DNA of 64,000 bases from contig NC_087447.1 of the NCBI RefSeq assembly GCF_036321535.1, positions 39,496,001 through 39,560,000 of the forward strand. Direction: 5' to 3'. Below the pieces are notes generated by a model. That model was given only the letters and a program-made list of their open reading frames with translations, was not told where the DNA came from and searched no databases. Every line of letters starts with the position of its first letter. Positions within the stretch are counted from its first letter, which is position 1. Source of the stretch: Camelus dromedarius. Lineage: Eukaryota. A program made the position numbers and the translations under genes. This document shows positions 1 through 13,101 of this stretch, piece after piece.

Positions 1-369
1 GCTGGCACGGCACACACACCCCATTGTTAATACCTCCTCAGGACAGATTAAATCCCACATTCCTCAGAAGTTCTGAGCTCCAAGCTCCGGAGGGAACACC
101 GCCAGCAGGTTCCTTCCATGGGGCAACAACTAGCTACAACTGATAAGTTTTCATTGAAATAACTGGAACAATTACACTGAGTCCCCACAGGGTTCTGTCA
201 CTAGCTATTAAGAGAAAGGCGTTGCACTTGCATGCTGTGGTGTCTGCAAAGGTGCGAGCCAGACAAGAGTAATTCAAGTCAAGTCTTTAGCTCAATTTTA
301 TATGCTTTTATCTATGGCTACGTGCCGTTGTTAACCAAATTCTTCACCCAAGGTGTACAATTAGATTGT

Positions 370-1253
370 TTTATTTCATGTTTTCTTTTCAGCTCTTATC
401 TAGTAAACCTTGATATTTACACTATCTCTCAGTTTAAGTTTGGACAAGTAACTAATTAATCTCTGACTAAAGGTACTGAAGTTAGACTTGGGTTTGTTTG
501 GTAAAATCTGTTGAGGTCACTGTTGGTTTTAATCATGTAGTTTATTTAGTTAAAAAGCTGAACACTAACAAAGATACTTGCTTTGAAGGCTTAGTTTCAA
601 CCAAGTGCTCATTAAACAGCCACTGTAGTTGTACTTGAATTCTGCAATTTCCCTTTTATTTTTTTTCTGAAGTAACAGTGACTGAAGGGATGAAATGGCA
701 GTAAGAATAAAAGGACAACACACATACCTTTGCAGGAGCAAATCGCAAAGGGTCTAGATTAAATTTTAACCAGGGGTTATGTCTACCACAATTCTATCTC
801 AAAGGGTTAGGTTTGGCTTTTGTAAAAATAAAAGATGATTTTAGGAAAAGGACTCTATTTTAACATACACTGTATTTTCTAGGAGGAAATACGGAGTTAG
901 TCTTTGAATGAAAATAAAAGGCAAAGAGTTTAGCAGATGGGTAATTCCCGAATCTGTAGAAATGTAAACAGCCAGGATTTTGGTGCCTATGGGTTTTATC
1001 AAAGATGTAAGTAAGGCTGAGACCAACACCAGTGCGTCCTCTTTGGCTAGTTTTAACACGTTCACAGTCACAATCAACATTCAAGGAATTTCCTTTTCAT
1101 CCAAGTGTTTCTTTAAAAAGCACTTTCTGCACAAACTAAAGTTCTAGCTGCCATCAGTCTTTCCCATACAGAAGATTGGTGAAATTTCCATAATACTTTT
1201 TTTCTGTTTTTGAAAATGGGCTTGGACCACGTCAATTTCCTGGAGCGTTTATT
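370..1253 (-). terminator. Candidate RASSF10 polyadenylation signals in AT-rich 3' UTR
   Basis: Minus-strand AATAAA (plus TTTATT) at 1248-1253, 655-660, 541-546 and 370-375, downstream of the RASSF10 stop. Which one is used cannot be told from sequence. Confidence 0.4.
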
Positions 1254-1299
1254 TTCCAGTATAGGGGGTTCTTACCTCCTCCCTCCTTTCTCCCCCTAA

Positions 1300-3800
1300 A
1301 AGAGCTTGTAATAAGAGACCGGGCTTCCTGGTCCCGCACCCTCCTCCACATTCACTCCGCGGCCAGAGGAGCACCGCTGCGGGGAAGGCGTCCCCAGCCC
1401 TCCCAGGCCCAGTCAGAGGGCTGCTGCCCGGCAGGAGCGGCAGGAACACCCCTACCCCCACCCCCGTCGCCTGGTTTCAAGTCCCTGAGCCGGCAAAGCC
1501 GGTGCTTTCCACAAGGAAGGGAGAAGCATCCTCTCCCACCCTGCTGCTCCTACACAAGGGATTCGCACACGGGCACCGAGTCCGAGTCTTGGCTGTGCAT
1601 AGAGCTCAGCCCGGTATCCGAGTCCTCGTCGTTCCCAGGACAGCTCTTGGCCAGTCCGCGGGCCTGGTCCACCCAGATTTCCGCAGTGGCCTGAGGCCGG
1701 GGTTCCCGCGAGGGTCCGCCTGAGACCGGAGTCCCATCCGGCGCTACTGTCAGCTCCAGCGTGTGCAAAGTCTGGAGAAGGCCCTGTAGCTCGCGCTCCT
1801 TGCTGTCCCACTGTTGCTGGCTGTAATCCAAGTCCGACTTGACGGCCTCCAGGTCCGTGTTGAGTCGGAGCCCGATGTAGAGGCTGGTGCTGAGCTGCGT
1901 CCTGACCCGCTCCTGCTCCAGCAGCAGCTCACCGTCCAGGCCGCCATCCGGCTCGGGAGGCTCTTCCTGCGCCGCGAGCTCCTCCTGGCGCCTCCGCATC
2001 CACCTCTGGTTCAGCTCCTCCTGGATTTCGGCTGAGAGGCGCTCGAGCAACTCCTCCTGCCTGGCCCTCTGCTCCTGAAGCCGCAGCAGGTCGTCGCAGC
2101 GCCGGGTCAGCTCCTCGAGAGCGACAGCCTGAGTCTCGCCGTCCAGGGGCGGCGTTGCCGTTGCCGTTACCGCCGCCGCCGCCTCCGCGGTCTCCGCCGG
2201 CTCTGGCTCCTCTCCCGGGCCGGGCCCGTCGAGCTCGATGCCTGCACCCACCAAGTAAGTGTCCTGCACGTAGTTGACTCCATGCCGCCGCATGCGGTCC
2301 AGGTGCACCTTGGCCTCGTAGCGATCAATCTCGCGGTCCAGCTCCCGGAGCCGCTGCACCTGCTGACGGATGGTGTGGTCCTGGGAAAGTACCAAATGCA
2401 CCAGCGTCTCCATGCGCTCCACCGACGCGCTCTCGGTAGCCCTCGGCGACGACGAGCAGGACGAGGTGGTGGACGACGAAGTGGACGAACAGGGCGACGA
2501 CGGCTGTTGCTGGCGCCTTCGGTTAAGCTTGGCCAGCTTTCGGAAGGCCTTGCGCACCACCCGCCGCTGTTTCTCCTGGGTCATAACCAGGCTGGGCCGC
2601 GCCGGGACCCCCCGGGCCGAGCAGGGGCGCTCGCGACTGAGCACAACGCGTGCCTCGGCACTGCGGGGACCCGCGTTGGGCAGTGACGCCTCGCTACGCA
2701 CCAGCACAAAGCGTACATTCTCTTGCTCGTCGCCCCAGGCGGCCCAGAGGCGCAAAATGCGCGTCTTGTTGGGCAGGATGCGCTCAAAGCCCCGCCACTT
2801 CTCCACGATGCAGTAGCATTGCGGGGGCCCGCACAGCAAGCCCTGCGGCAGCGCCTCATCGTCATCCTCGTCGTCCTCGTCCAGGGCTTCCGGCAGCTCC
2901 TCCGGGCCTGGCGGGTCGCCGGCCGCCCCCCGCCGCCGGCCCCGCCGCTGCCGCCGTCGCCGCCGGCAGCCGTCCTCCAAGAGCACCCGCACTACGTCTG
3001 AGCAAGTGGTTCGGCGGGAGAGGCCAGACACCAGTTTCTCTTCCTGGCAGATCCACACCGATATCTTCTTCTCCGAAGGATCCATGGCGCAACCGGGACA
3101 CAGGTGGCGGGTCAGGCCGAGCCCCACTGGGGCAGCAGGGACAGCGGGCAGCCCGGTCACCCTGAGAAAGGGATTGGAGCTCGGGACCCTCGCCCCCGGC
3201 AGCACCTGCCCTTCTCCCTCACTGCACACGGAAGGCAAGCTGCGGCCAGCTGCGGCGGTGCTCGGCCCGGACGGCGCGCTACCAGGGGAGCGCGCCCGGG
3301 CTCGGGCTCCCGCCGCTCTGGCTCTGCCCAAGGTTCCCGGGGCCTCCGGGTTTTGCTCCTCCCCACGTGGCTCCTCCCCCTCCCGCCCCAAGAACCCAGA
3401 GCGGCGGCCGGAGCGCGGGAGGCGCAGAGCCCTGGCCGGCCCCTCCCAGTCTCGCCGCGCCCCGTGCGCCCAGTCCGCCCCTCTACCGCTCTGCCCGCCA
3501 GCTCAAGAAAGGGACTCGGGGATCTCTCCAATGCAGGGCCTGGAGCCCATGCTAAGGCGCGGATCAGCTCTGCGTCTCCCTCAGCCTACTGGCTCTTTAC
3601 CTTGCGTTTAGAGCTAGCTGGACGCATCTTTCACACCTTTACCGGCGCCCCCAGAGGCGTTTCCTGGTCCTTCAAGGTAGCACCGTCTGAGTGCCCGGGC
3701 GCAGAAAAACCAAGATACTTGGCGTCTCTAACGGAGGTTCTAACCTCATTGCATGACCTCCAGGTGGGAGCTGTAAACGCCTCCCGTAACGCGGAAGGCC
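1300..3800. promoter_or_regulatory. RASSF10: CpG island covering the RASSF10 body and promoter
   Basis: Very high GC and CpG density. GC boxes (CCGCCC) near 3383 and at 3475-3480 upstream of the ATG; no obvious TATA box. Boundaries by eye. Confidence 0.85.
1550..3085 (-). CDS. RASSF10: Ras association domain family member 10 (N-RASSF), intronless, 511 aa
   Basis: Starts [32 protein letters not shown] (N-terminal RA domain), includes [15 protein letters not shown] and coiled-coil regions, ends [27 protein letters not shown] at 3083-3085 in strong Kozak context GCCATGG; TAG at 1550-1552. The ORF-track start at 3391 is a TTG. Confidence 0.96.
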   Translation of the reverse strand: MDPSEKKISVWICQEEKLVSGLSRRTTCSDVVRVLLEDGCRRRRRQRRGRRRGAAGDPPGPEELPEALDEDDEDDDEALPQGLLCGPPQCYCIVEKWRGFERILPNKTRILRLWAAWGDEQENVRFVLVRSEASLPNAGPRSAEARVVLSRERPCSARGVPARPSLVMTQEKQRRVVRKAFRKLAKLNRRRQQQPSSPCSSTSSSTTSSCSSSPRATESASVERMETLVHLVLSQDHTIRQQVQRLRELDREIDRYEAKVHLDRMRRHGVNYVQDTYLVGAGIELDGPGPGEEPEPAETAEAAAAVTATATPPLDGETQAVALEELTRRCDDLLRLQEQRARQEELLERLSAEIQEELNQRWMRRRQEELAAQEEPPEPDGGLDGELLLEQERVRTQLSTSLYIGLRLNTDLEAVKSDLDYSQQQWDSKERELQGLLQTLHTLELTVAPDGTPVSGGPSREPRPQATAEIWVDQARGLAKSCPGNDEDSDTGLSSMHSQDSDSVPVCESLV

Positions 3801-4329
3801 CTCCAGTCTTCCTTGCCTGGAAGCACCATTTGCATATTTAAGGAGAACTTGCTGGAGCAGTGTGCTCCGTGAACAAGTGGAACTATACAGTAAGGTCTAG
3901 GCTTGAGGGGAACATTCAGAGGCTGCTCCCGGTTCCCGGTACGGTCATGTCTGTGGCTCCCCACTTCGCCTTGGCTTCTCACAACCTTCTTAGCGGGGGA
4001 ACTCCTAATTCTAGTGGGAGTTCCGTGCCCAGACCTAAGTCACAAGCGCTTTTCCACGTCCTACCTCCATAAAGAGAAACCTAGTCATGCAGTTTCTGGC
4101 ATTATGCAGCATCCAGATGTAGTCAAGAGGAGATAAAAGCCATGCTTCACAGTCAAGAAATCCAAGACCACAATGCAAATGAACTTTTTTCATGCTCAGA
4201 CGCTGATGAGGATGGTCCATTGTGGGCAAGGCTTGCCCCCAGTTTGTCCTTGGGAGCACAGGCCTGATAAGATCATTCCTTTGCTTCAAGACCTTGGATG
4301 GCTCCTCACTGCCTCCTGACTAAAGTACT

Positions 4330-4760
4330 TCTATTCATTCACTCCTGCTCTCGATAAATATTTGACTACCCACTGTGTTACAGGTGTTCAACACAGGGTC
4401 TTCTGTGCCCTGATAAGGGAAAGCATGAAGTGCCAGAGGATCACTGGAGTAGCATCCTACTCAGACGAGGAATGCTTCCTGGGGGAAGTGGCATCTTAGG
4501 CAAGACTGCAAGCACCATTTGAATCAGCCAAAGAAAAAATAAATAGAGGGGAGGAGGCAGGCAGCATTCCAGGCAGAAAGAACCACGTGTGTCAAGTCAA
4601 GGAATCAAAAGAGCATGGCAGTAACCAGGGCTACAAGAAGTCTAAGTGGGAGGGGTGTCTAAGAAGGATGTTAGATGAGTGAGCAGGAGCCGAATCTGGA
4701 GGGGTCTTTAACTCCGTGTGTCGGTATCTGGACCTATCCTTAGGGCAATGAGAAGCCATA
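4330..4760 (-). mobile_element. L2 LINE fragment
   Basis: TTCATTCA...AAATATTTGACTACCCACTGTG start and GCATTCCAGGCAGAAAGAAC, typical of reverse-strand L2 3' regions. Confidence 0.6.
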
Positions 4761-4761
4761 G

Positions 4762-4920
4762 AGTGTGGATTCTGAAGTCAGACTGCTTGAGTAAAAATCT
4801 CACCCTGTCACGTACTAGCTCTGCAACATTAGGAAAAGTATTTCATCTCTCTGAGCCTCACCTGTGAAAAGATGATGATAAAAATAACTGCCTATTAGGA
4901 CTGTTATGAGGATTAAATAT
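4762..4920 (+). mobile_element. MIR SINE
   Basis: TCTGAAGTCAGACTGCTTGAGT...CTCTCTGAGCCTCA...GAGGATTAAAT core. Confidence 0.7.
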
Positions 4921-5534
4921 TTGGACCCGGTAAGTCCGCAATGGAAGTTTTATTGAAGGGTTAGAAATCAGGGGGATGTATTAGTTTTCTATTGCTGTGT
5001 AACAACTGAAAAACTCCTACTCATTCTGCAGAAGTTCAGCACAAACATCATGTGCTCTGGGAATTCTTTATTTCCTCCTCCAAGAACAACTGGCTCCTTG
5101 CTCTTCTTTTGCCTCTCTTGATGCACGGGTTACTTTGATGCATTTTTTTTCTCGTGTCTGCTTAAGACCTTTTTGAAAGAGCAAATGGACTATCATATTT
5201 ATATTTTGGTCCCTAGTGCTTAGTGCCTGGCACATAGTAGGCCTTTGATCTTAATACTGTGAGGAACACTAAGATGAATAAAATCTAAGATATTGTGCTA
5301 CCCTCAAGATTATTATCATTTTTTTTTAGTAGCAGGCAGTTACATGAAATCCTTGTTGCTGGAATGTTATATATGATATTCCTGCTGGGGCAATTAAAGG
5401 GTAGAGTGATCAAGGAGTCCTGGGAAGGTTGAAGAAGGCAAGGCTTTACTAAGTGGTGAGAAAGGGCTGAGAGTATCCTTTGTGGGATAAATGACATGAG
5501 TTAAAATGTTAAGGTGGGTATGCACATAGTCATG

Positions 5535-5735
5535 TACCAGGGCAGGTTCTGGGGTCACCCTCCCTAGATTTGAATACTAGTTATAAATTTTCTAAGCTTT
5601 AATTTCCTTGCTGGAAAAAAAAGAATACTGGAACCTTCCTTGTAGAAATGTCATGAACATGAAATGAAATAATGTACAATACTTAAAAAAATTTAGCACA
5701 GTGTCTGGCATATAACAAATGATCGATAAAACATA
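5535..5735 (+). mobile_element. MIR SINE
   Basis: Degenerate MIR core ending AGCACAGTGTCTGGCATA. Confidence 0.55.
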
Positions 5736-5879
5736 GCTAGGTTTGTCCACAAATTTTGATTTCCTATCCAAGCTGTGTCTTGGGCTAGGTATTAAGGATA
5801 GAGCATTGAATTAGACAGGCATGATCCCTGTCCTTACAGAGCTCACAGTCAGGACTAGTTTGGTATTTGTTTGATTAGG

Positions 5880-6285
5880 AATGTATTTGTTAGATGAGGC
5901 TAGGCTGTAGTTACAAACAGAGCCAAACACATGCAATGGCTCAAACGTAACAAAGGTTTATTGCTCTCTGACATAACAGTCAAAAGCGGTATCCTTGTTA
6001 GTAGGTGGCTTTATTCCAGGCAATGATGCAGAGATCCTGGTTCCTTCCATCTCGTGGCTCCAAAGTCCCCTAGACCTCATCATCTACATCCAGCCAGAGG
6101 AAAAGGAGAGGATGAGGGGGCATATCCTCTTCTTCAAGGCCTTGGCCTGGAGAACACTGCTCTGCTCACATCCCACTGGCTAGAAGCCAGCTGCATGGCT
6201 GCTCGTAATGACAAGGGAGGCTGGGAAATGTAGTGAGTGTCTCAGAAGAAGAGGACATGGATTTTTATGAATAGCTAACTACCTG
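5880..6285 (-). mobile_element. MaLR LTR (MLT1-type)
   Basis: TGTATTTGTTAG start, AATGGCTCAAAC...AAAGGTTTATT, GGGAGGCTGGGAAATGTAGT motifs. Confidence 0.6.
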
Positions 6286-6499
6286 CCAGAAGAATCTTTA
6301 TAAGAAATGGGAGATAAGGCAGAGAGAGAATTTCCGGAAGTCTACATATTGCAACGGAGGTCCGCAGGCCAATTCTGACTGTCTTAGATGGAGCAAACCC
6401 TTTCCAGTGGCCACAAACCCAACATCATCTGTGTCTCTTATATGACCCAACTCACCTACATTCACAACTCACTTGACCACCACAGACATCTGAGTTTGT

Positions 6500-7310
6500 G
6501 ACTCCTGCTTCTACACCTCCTCCCAGGATTATCTCATTCACTGCCAGGGATTTAATACTATTGATCTGCCATGACTCCCAAATCTAGGTGTCCCTTCCAG
6601 ATCTCCTAACCTCCAAATATGCATATTCAACTGCTTGCTGCATAGCTCCTCTTAGATGTCCCCAAAACACCCCAAACACTCGTCAAAAAGGTACTTTGAA
6701 TTTATCATCTTTCTTCCCAACCCTTTTTTGCCTCCTGAACCTCTGTCTCAGAGAATGGCCCCACCATTCACCAAATAAGATGTGAAACCTGAGGGTCACT
6801 CTGCATCACTCACCATCTACCTCCTTTCCCCACAATGTAATGAAGTTCTAGGAGGACAGCGGTTTTTGTCTGTTTTGTTTTCTGCTTTCTCTCCAGTGCC
6901 TAGGATGTCGACTAGCTCACAGCAGGCATTCAGTGTTTGTGGAATGAATGAATGAATGAATGACCTTGGCTTAAGCCCTCATAATTTCTTACCTGGATCC
7001 CTCACTTTTGTCCACACTAGTTTCCTTGTCTCTGGTCTTGCCTTTCTCCAGAGCATCCTCCCTACTGACAAATGTTTGATGACTCCCCATTATCTTCAGA
7101 ATCAAGTCCAGCCTCCTTAGCAAGAGCCTGCATACCTCCCCAGGATCTGATGTCTGCTTCACTCTCAGCCTGTACACTCCAGCCACCCCCTCGTTCATAC
7201 GCTTCCTCTGACCCCCTGGCTAATTCCTACCCACACTTCAAGTTTCAGCTTAACTGTCATCTCTTCCTAAAAGTCTTCACTCACAACATCCTCTCCAGAA
7301 AATAATCCAA
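6500..7310 (+). mobile_element. L2 LINE fragments
   Basis: GACTCCCAAATCTA...CCAGATCTC and CCAGTGCCTAG...(TGAA)n tail at about 6944-6963. Confidence 0.6.
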
Positions 7311-7523
7311 ACAGAACTGTGCTTTAGAAAGGTTAATCTACATCAGTAGGTGGGAACAACTGAAGTTATGACACGCTGTTGTTAAGAAAAACAATGGGCT
7401 GCAGGGGAGGGTGAAGGGGAGACTTAAAAATTCAGGCTGTTGTCACTTAAATACAAACCAAGAAAAATGCCTCCCAGCACATTGTGGACAGTCTTAATAG
7501 TCTTTCTAGTCTTCATCCTCAGG

Positions 7524-7832
7524 GCTGCACTGTCCAATACAGTAGCCACTAGACGTATGTGGTTGTTGAGCACTTGAAATGTGGTTAGCTGAATTGAGAT
7601 GTGCTGTGAGTGTAAAATATACACTGGATGTCAAAGACTTAGCACAAAAATCATTTTTAATAACTCACTAAGTATATGCTATTTTGACTACATGTTGAAA
7701 TGATACTTGGGGAATATTAGATTAAATCACTGGGATTATTTTACCTGTTTCTCTTTACATATTTTTTAATGTAGCTACTAGAAATTTAAAAATATCTGTT
7801 CAGCTCCTATTGTATTTCCATTAGACTGTGCT
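7524..7832 (-). mobile_element. MER33-like hAT-Charlie MITE
   Basis: CTGCACTGTCCAATACAGTAGCCACTAG...GAGCACTTGAAATGTGG...GTGTAAAATATACACTGGAT, with an inverted end near 7830. Confidence 0.75.
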
Positions 7833-8239
7833 GCCTGTGGAAAGGCCCAGAAACTTGGAGCAAATTGTTTGAGCCTCTCCAACTGTGGAGTTACCCTAAA
7901 TAGTCTACACAAGTGCATGTCTGCCTGGGTCATGGCAATCTCCAGAGAAAGCCATTGCATGCCTTTCCTGGATTTGTAGTTTGAATGTTTCTTTTTGTTT
8001 TATGACGTCCGTCAGAAAAGCTTCTTGTTACAAACTAAGCTACTCTCCTTAGGCAGCCTAAGAAGCACCTTCCTGAGTCCAACCCCTATGGTTGGATCCG
8101 ACTAAAAGTCAAAGTATAAATGGTTGCTTCCCAGACAAGACTTTACCATCCTTGCTCACCTACCAGCCCTGATCCCTGATGGAGATCCAGGCAGTGCCCT
8201 GAACCAGAAAATACACAGACCTCACAGTAGGATAAAATA

Positions 8240-10620
8240 TACAAAAATGTATATATGACCTGGGCACAGGGGAGGTACTCATAAACAGGACATAAAAAAG
8301 CAAAATTCATGAAAGAAAAAAATCAGTAAGTATGACTATATTAAAAATTTGAAAAAATATGCAAGGATACCATAAATTATGTTAAGTCAAAGAATAACCC
8401 AGAAAAAAATATTTACAGCATAGATACCAAAATATTAGGATTCAGGATATATAAAGAGCTTCCAAAATTTAATTTTAAAAAAATCATGCAGCAGTGTAAA
8501 TCAATCACGTTATAACACTCCCTCACACCATACACAAAAATAAACTCAAAATGGCTTAAAGACTTAAACATAAGACAAGACATCATAAATCTCCTATAAG
8601 AGAACATAGGCAAAACTTTCTCTGACATAAATTCTAATAATGTTTTTCTAGGTCAGGCCAAGACAATACAAATAAAAGCAAAAATAAACAAATAGAATCT
8701 AATTAAACTTACAAGCTTTTGCATAGCAAAGGAAACCGTAAAAAAAAAAAAAGACAACCTACTGACTGGGAGAAGTATTTGCAAATGATGCAATTGACAA
8801 GGGTTTGACTTCCAGAATATACAAGTAGCTCATACAACTCAATAACAACAACAACAAACACACTTTAAAAAAAAAATGGGCAGAAGACCTAAACAGACAT
8901 TTCTCCACTGAAGACATACAGATGGCCAATAGGCACATGAAAAGATGCTCAATATCGCTAATTATCAGAGAAGTGCAAATCAAAACTACAATGAAGTATC
9001 ACCTCACACTAGTCAGAATGGCCATCATTAAAAAGTCAAGAAACGATAAATGCTGGAGAGGGTGTGGAGAAAAGGGAATCCTCCTACACTGTTAGTGGGA
9101 AGGTAAACTGGTGTAGCCACTATGGAAAACAATATGGAGATTTTTTTAAAAAATTGAAAATAGAGTTTACTATATGATCCAGCAATCCCACTCCTGGGCA
9201 TATAACAGAGAAAACCCCCAAAATTCAAAAAGATACATGTACCCCAATGTTCATAGCATCGCTATTTACAACAGCCAAGACATGGAAGCAACCTAAATGT
9301 CCATCAACAGATTGAATAAAGAAATTGTGGTATATATGTGTATATATATGTACTACTCAACCACAAAACAGAATGAAAGAATGCCATTTGCAGCAACATG
9401 GTTGGACCTAGAGATTATCATACTAAATGAAGTAAATCAAGACAGAGAAAGACAAATATCATTTGATATCACTTATATGTGGAATCTAAAAAAGGACACA
9501 ATTGAATTTATTTCCAAACAGAAACAGACTCACAGATGTAGAAAACAAACTTATGGTTACCGAAGGGGATGGGGGAGGGATAAATTAAGAGTCTGGGATT
9601 AATAGTTATATACTATTGTATATAAAATAAACAATAAAGACCAACTGTAAAGCAGGGGGAACTATATTCAACAGCTTGTAATAACCTATAATGAAAAAGT
9701 TTGAAAAAGAATATATATGTATGTGTGTGTGTGTTTGTATAACTGAATCACTATGCTGTACACCAGAAACTAACACAACATTGTAAATCAACTATACTTC
9801 AATAAAAAAAATCATGCAACATGATGTAAAATAGCTGAAAGGTAGATTAGAGGTAGATCACAAAAGAAGAAACATAAATAGCCAGCAAACATGAAATAAT
9901 GCCCAATTGGACCAGAAATCAAGAAAACGTAAGTTTAAATGAAACCAGATGCTCTTTTATTGCCAAGAGAATGGCAACATTTTAAAAATTGACAATAATA
10001 TCATTGGCCAGGCTGAGGGGATATATCTATTTTGGAGACACTTTGGTAATATCTATTAAAAATTAAAATGTGCATATTCTATGTCCCATTCGACTTTGTC
10101 ATAGCTACCTTAGAGAAACATACATAGGCTCAAGGAGGCATGCACAGGGGTGTGCACTAAACCATTTCATTTTAGCAAAACAATGGATACAGTTGAAGGG
10201 TCTACAAATAAGGGAATGGCTGAATAGACTGGGAGATACCCATTACTTGGAAGGCTTGGCAGCAGTGAAAGCCAGTAAAGCAGATTTGTAAGAACTGGGT
10301 AATAACAAATCTCCATGATGCATTGTTCAGCGCAAAAGGCAAATTTCAGAGTGATGTTTATGATGGGATTCCATTTAGATTTTAAAAACACATATACATA
10401 AAGTCACACCATGTGTTTCCCAGGGTACAGATATCTGTATGTGCGTGCACAGAGCAGGGTGTCAAAGGATATTCACCAAACTGAAGGCAGTGAATCCCTC
10501 TGGAAGAAAAAGACATTTGCAGAGGGAGAGGATCAAAGAGGAATCTAGCTTCATCTACAATAATTTTACAAGAATTCAGTCATGCATTACTTAATTATGC
10601 AATTAAAATGGAAAGGGCTT
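8240..10620 (+). mobile_element. Old degraded L1 (L1M-type), interrupted by a younger L1
   Basis: A-rich L1 ORF2/3' UTR-like sequence on both sides of the 8494-9804 insertion. Confidence 0.55.
8494..9804 (+). mobile_element. 5'-truncated L1 (ORF2 C-terminus plus 3' UTR)
   Basis: CTCACACCATACACAAAAATAAACTCAAAATGG, GATCCAGCAATCCCACTCCTGGGCATATA, tail CAATAAAAAA. TSD AAAAAAATCATGCA(G/A)CA at 8477-8493 and 9805-9821. Confidence 0.9.
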
Positions 10621-11369
10621 GGGTTGAAATCACTAAGTTCAGGTTGTTTTTTAGAACTTTTTTTCACCGGCCTGTGTCTCCTTTCTGTGGACACAGCCCG
10701 AGGATAAGTGGAATCTCTATTCTGTGTAGTCTGAAGGAACCCCCTGCTTTATCCCAAAGAGTTGTGAAGATTAAGTGTGCTACTGGCTGAGGAAGAATCT
10801 AGTCGAGTATCTGGTTCAGGGTATGTGCTTCACAACAGAGCTTTTCTTTCTCTTCCAGGGGAGCTTCTACAGTAGCAAAGCCCTTTGCTAAATGCCTTCA
10901 TGTTGGATCACAAGGGCGGTGTGCCATTCGACACTGTTGTTTTTTTATTCTCTTATCTTCCTAACGCCTACGAGAGGGAAGACATAGCTCCTTTACCAAG
11001 GAGGCAACTGAGGGCAAAAGGAAGGGATGGGCCAGTTTCTCAGCTCACAAAGCTCTGAGGGAGCTGGTGTTTTGTCTGACACTGCTACCTGTCTAATCTG
11101 TCAGTCATGGTTCATGGCAGCTGCAGAGCACCCAAAACAGGAACTTCTGCCCTTAATTATATTGAGGCATGCAGAAGTGTGACTGGACCTTACTACCTGA
11201 TCAGTTCCTCTTAATGATTAACTGTAGAAAATAGTCTAGCAAATTGTGTTTACGGAAACATCTGGTTGCTCTCAAACGCATTGGAGGAAATCTGGGAACT
11301 ACCACACTTGTCCAAGGGAACCCATTCCTGATCAGATTAAGTGCCTGGCTGGGGACATCCTCAAGGACA

Positions 11370-11562
11370 CGGCTTATTAAACTGAGGTCAACGGGCTACC
11401 TGCCCAGAACTGCCTGTAGTGTTTATTAAAATGCAGATTTCTGGGCCCCACTCTGGAGGTAGTGAATCAGAGTCTCTGGAGGTAGGCCCCCCAAATTTCC
11501 GTTTAAATTTTGTCTCCCCTGGGGATTCTTATGCACATGAAAAGTTGACCCCAACTGCTCTA
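11370..11562. mobile_element. MER5-type hAT MITE
   Basis: TTAAAATGCAGATTTCTGGGCCCCAC...GAATCAGAGTCTCTGG...GATTCTTATGCACA. Confidence 0.65.
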
Positions 11563-11732
11563 GGAGGAAAGAACCAGAGACAAGAATGCTCTTTAGCGAT
11601 CTTGACCCCATAGAAGGTAATGATCTATAGATGACATTTATATACAATAGGGTTTGGCAACATGTGACAGGTGAGAAGGAGATGCTCCTGGGAAGGAGAA
11701 GGGAAGAGGGAGGACAGAATAGGGGAGGAACT

Positions 11733-11820
11733 CTGGGTTCAATCCCCAGTACTGCCACTTAAAAAACAAGTAAGTAAATAAGCCTAACTACCTCTTCTTA
11801 AAAAAAAAAAAAAAAAAAAA
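11733..11820 (+). mobile_element. 5'-truncated Vic-1-like tRNA SINE
   Basis: CTGGGTTCAATCCCCAGTACTGCC B-box end plus poly(A). Perfect 17-bp TSD AGAATAGGGGAGGAACT at 11716-11732 and 11821-11837. Confidence 0.85.
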
Positions 11821-13101
11821 AGAATAGGGGAGGAACTGCTCCTTGTCTCTTTGGTGGAAGCCTGGATTACAAGATGATAACATAGAGATGTTTAGGTAAG
11901 AGAGCCAAAGGTAGCAATGACTTCAGTCATCTGAAAGGCATCCTAGAAGGTATTTAGCTTCCTAGTCTTTGTTCCAACCTAGTTCCTGATTCACAAGTCA
12001 TCCTGGGAATGCACAGCACTTAACAGTCAGAGAGAAGTCTCTCGAGCAAAAAGCATCATCTATTCAATGGTCTATGACATCACCATTGAAGACTATGTCA
12101 AAAGGGGTTTTGTGTGATTAATTTTCATTATCTGTTGTTACCCAATTAATGAAAGGTGATACTGTTAATGAGTGTGTGAACGAGAGTGCCTTCGTTGCCA
12201 CATCTGAAACATTCCCCAGCTTTTTCAGGGTAGAATAGTCCTGACCCAAAGTGTAGCCTTTCTTCATTGTAGAGAAATACAAACTCTTTCTCTTCAACTA
12301 CCCAATACCAAATTATTGTGTGTCAGCTGCTCACCACCTGGGACACAAACGAGGCCTGTGCTTGATTGAGTTACTGCTATTTTATGTGAGCAAAATGCTA
12401 GCTTTCTTTGCCAGTGAAGTTGATTGAGTTGGGAGAAGTTTCAATACCACATTTCTTGGTTTGAAAGCAGGATTGTTTTAGTAACTAGTGTGAACTGCCT
12501 GGAACTTGGCAACTCGCTTTAAGAAATACTGTTTAGAAGACATGAAATTTGATTAAATGGAACCTTTGATACAAACAACTTTGAGACAGTGAAACCATCT
12601 TCATAAGGAGATGTTCTTTTCCCCACTGAGGAAGAAACGGAGACATGTTTCCATTGTCAGTGTGTCCTGTCCATCCGGATTAAAAAGGAAGGCTGTGGGC
12701 TAGATAAGCAAAAATAGGTTACATCTGGGTGACCCAGCAGTCTCTCCCTGCTCGATGAAGAAGCTACTCTTTGTTTCATTCCTGAAGCACGGCGTTGTTT
12801 TCTTGGACCGGTGCTCTAAGTTAAACCTGGGTTAAACTATGGATCCCTTACACTTGATTTTGTGATTGGGAGACCTACACAAATGCAAACCTAGAACATA
12901 ATTAAACCCTTAAGAGCTGAAATATCCACGAATAGGAAAGAAGCCATTTGATCCTACAAAAGATTGCTTGCTTTCTCTTTTGTATCTGTTGTTAAACTAG
13001 AAAAAAGAAATCATTAAATTATCAGTCTTTGAGTATTTGCTACTTTAGAGTACACATTAAAGAATTTTACAAAACAAAGCCGTGTCATAAAAAGTATTTC
13101 A

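Noticed and set aside
1550..3391. 613-aa ORF as the RASSF10 protein
   Set aside because: It starts at a TTG. The recognisable protein starts at the Kozak ATG at 3085, and the extra 102 residues are low-complexity GC-rich translation.
3644..3658. CTCF-like motif GGCGCCCCCAGAGGC upstream of RASSF10
   Set aside because: It is one base short of the core consensus spacing and not convincing without a PWM scan.
1249..3841. Many overlapping and antisense ORFs around RASSF10
   Set aside because: Expected from stop-codon scarcity in a CpG island; no recognisable domains.
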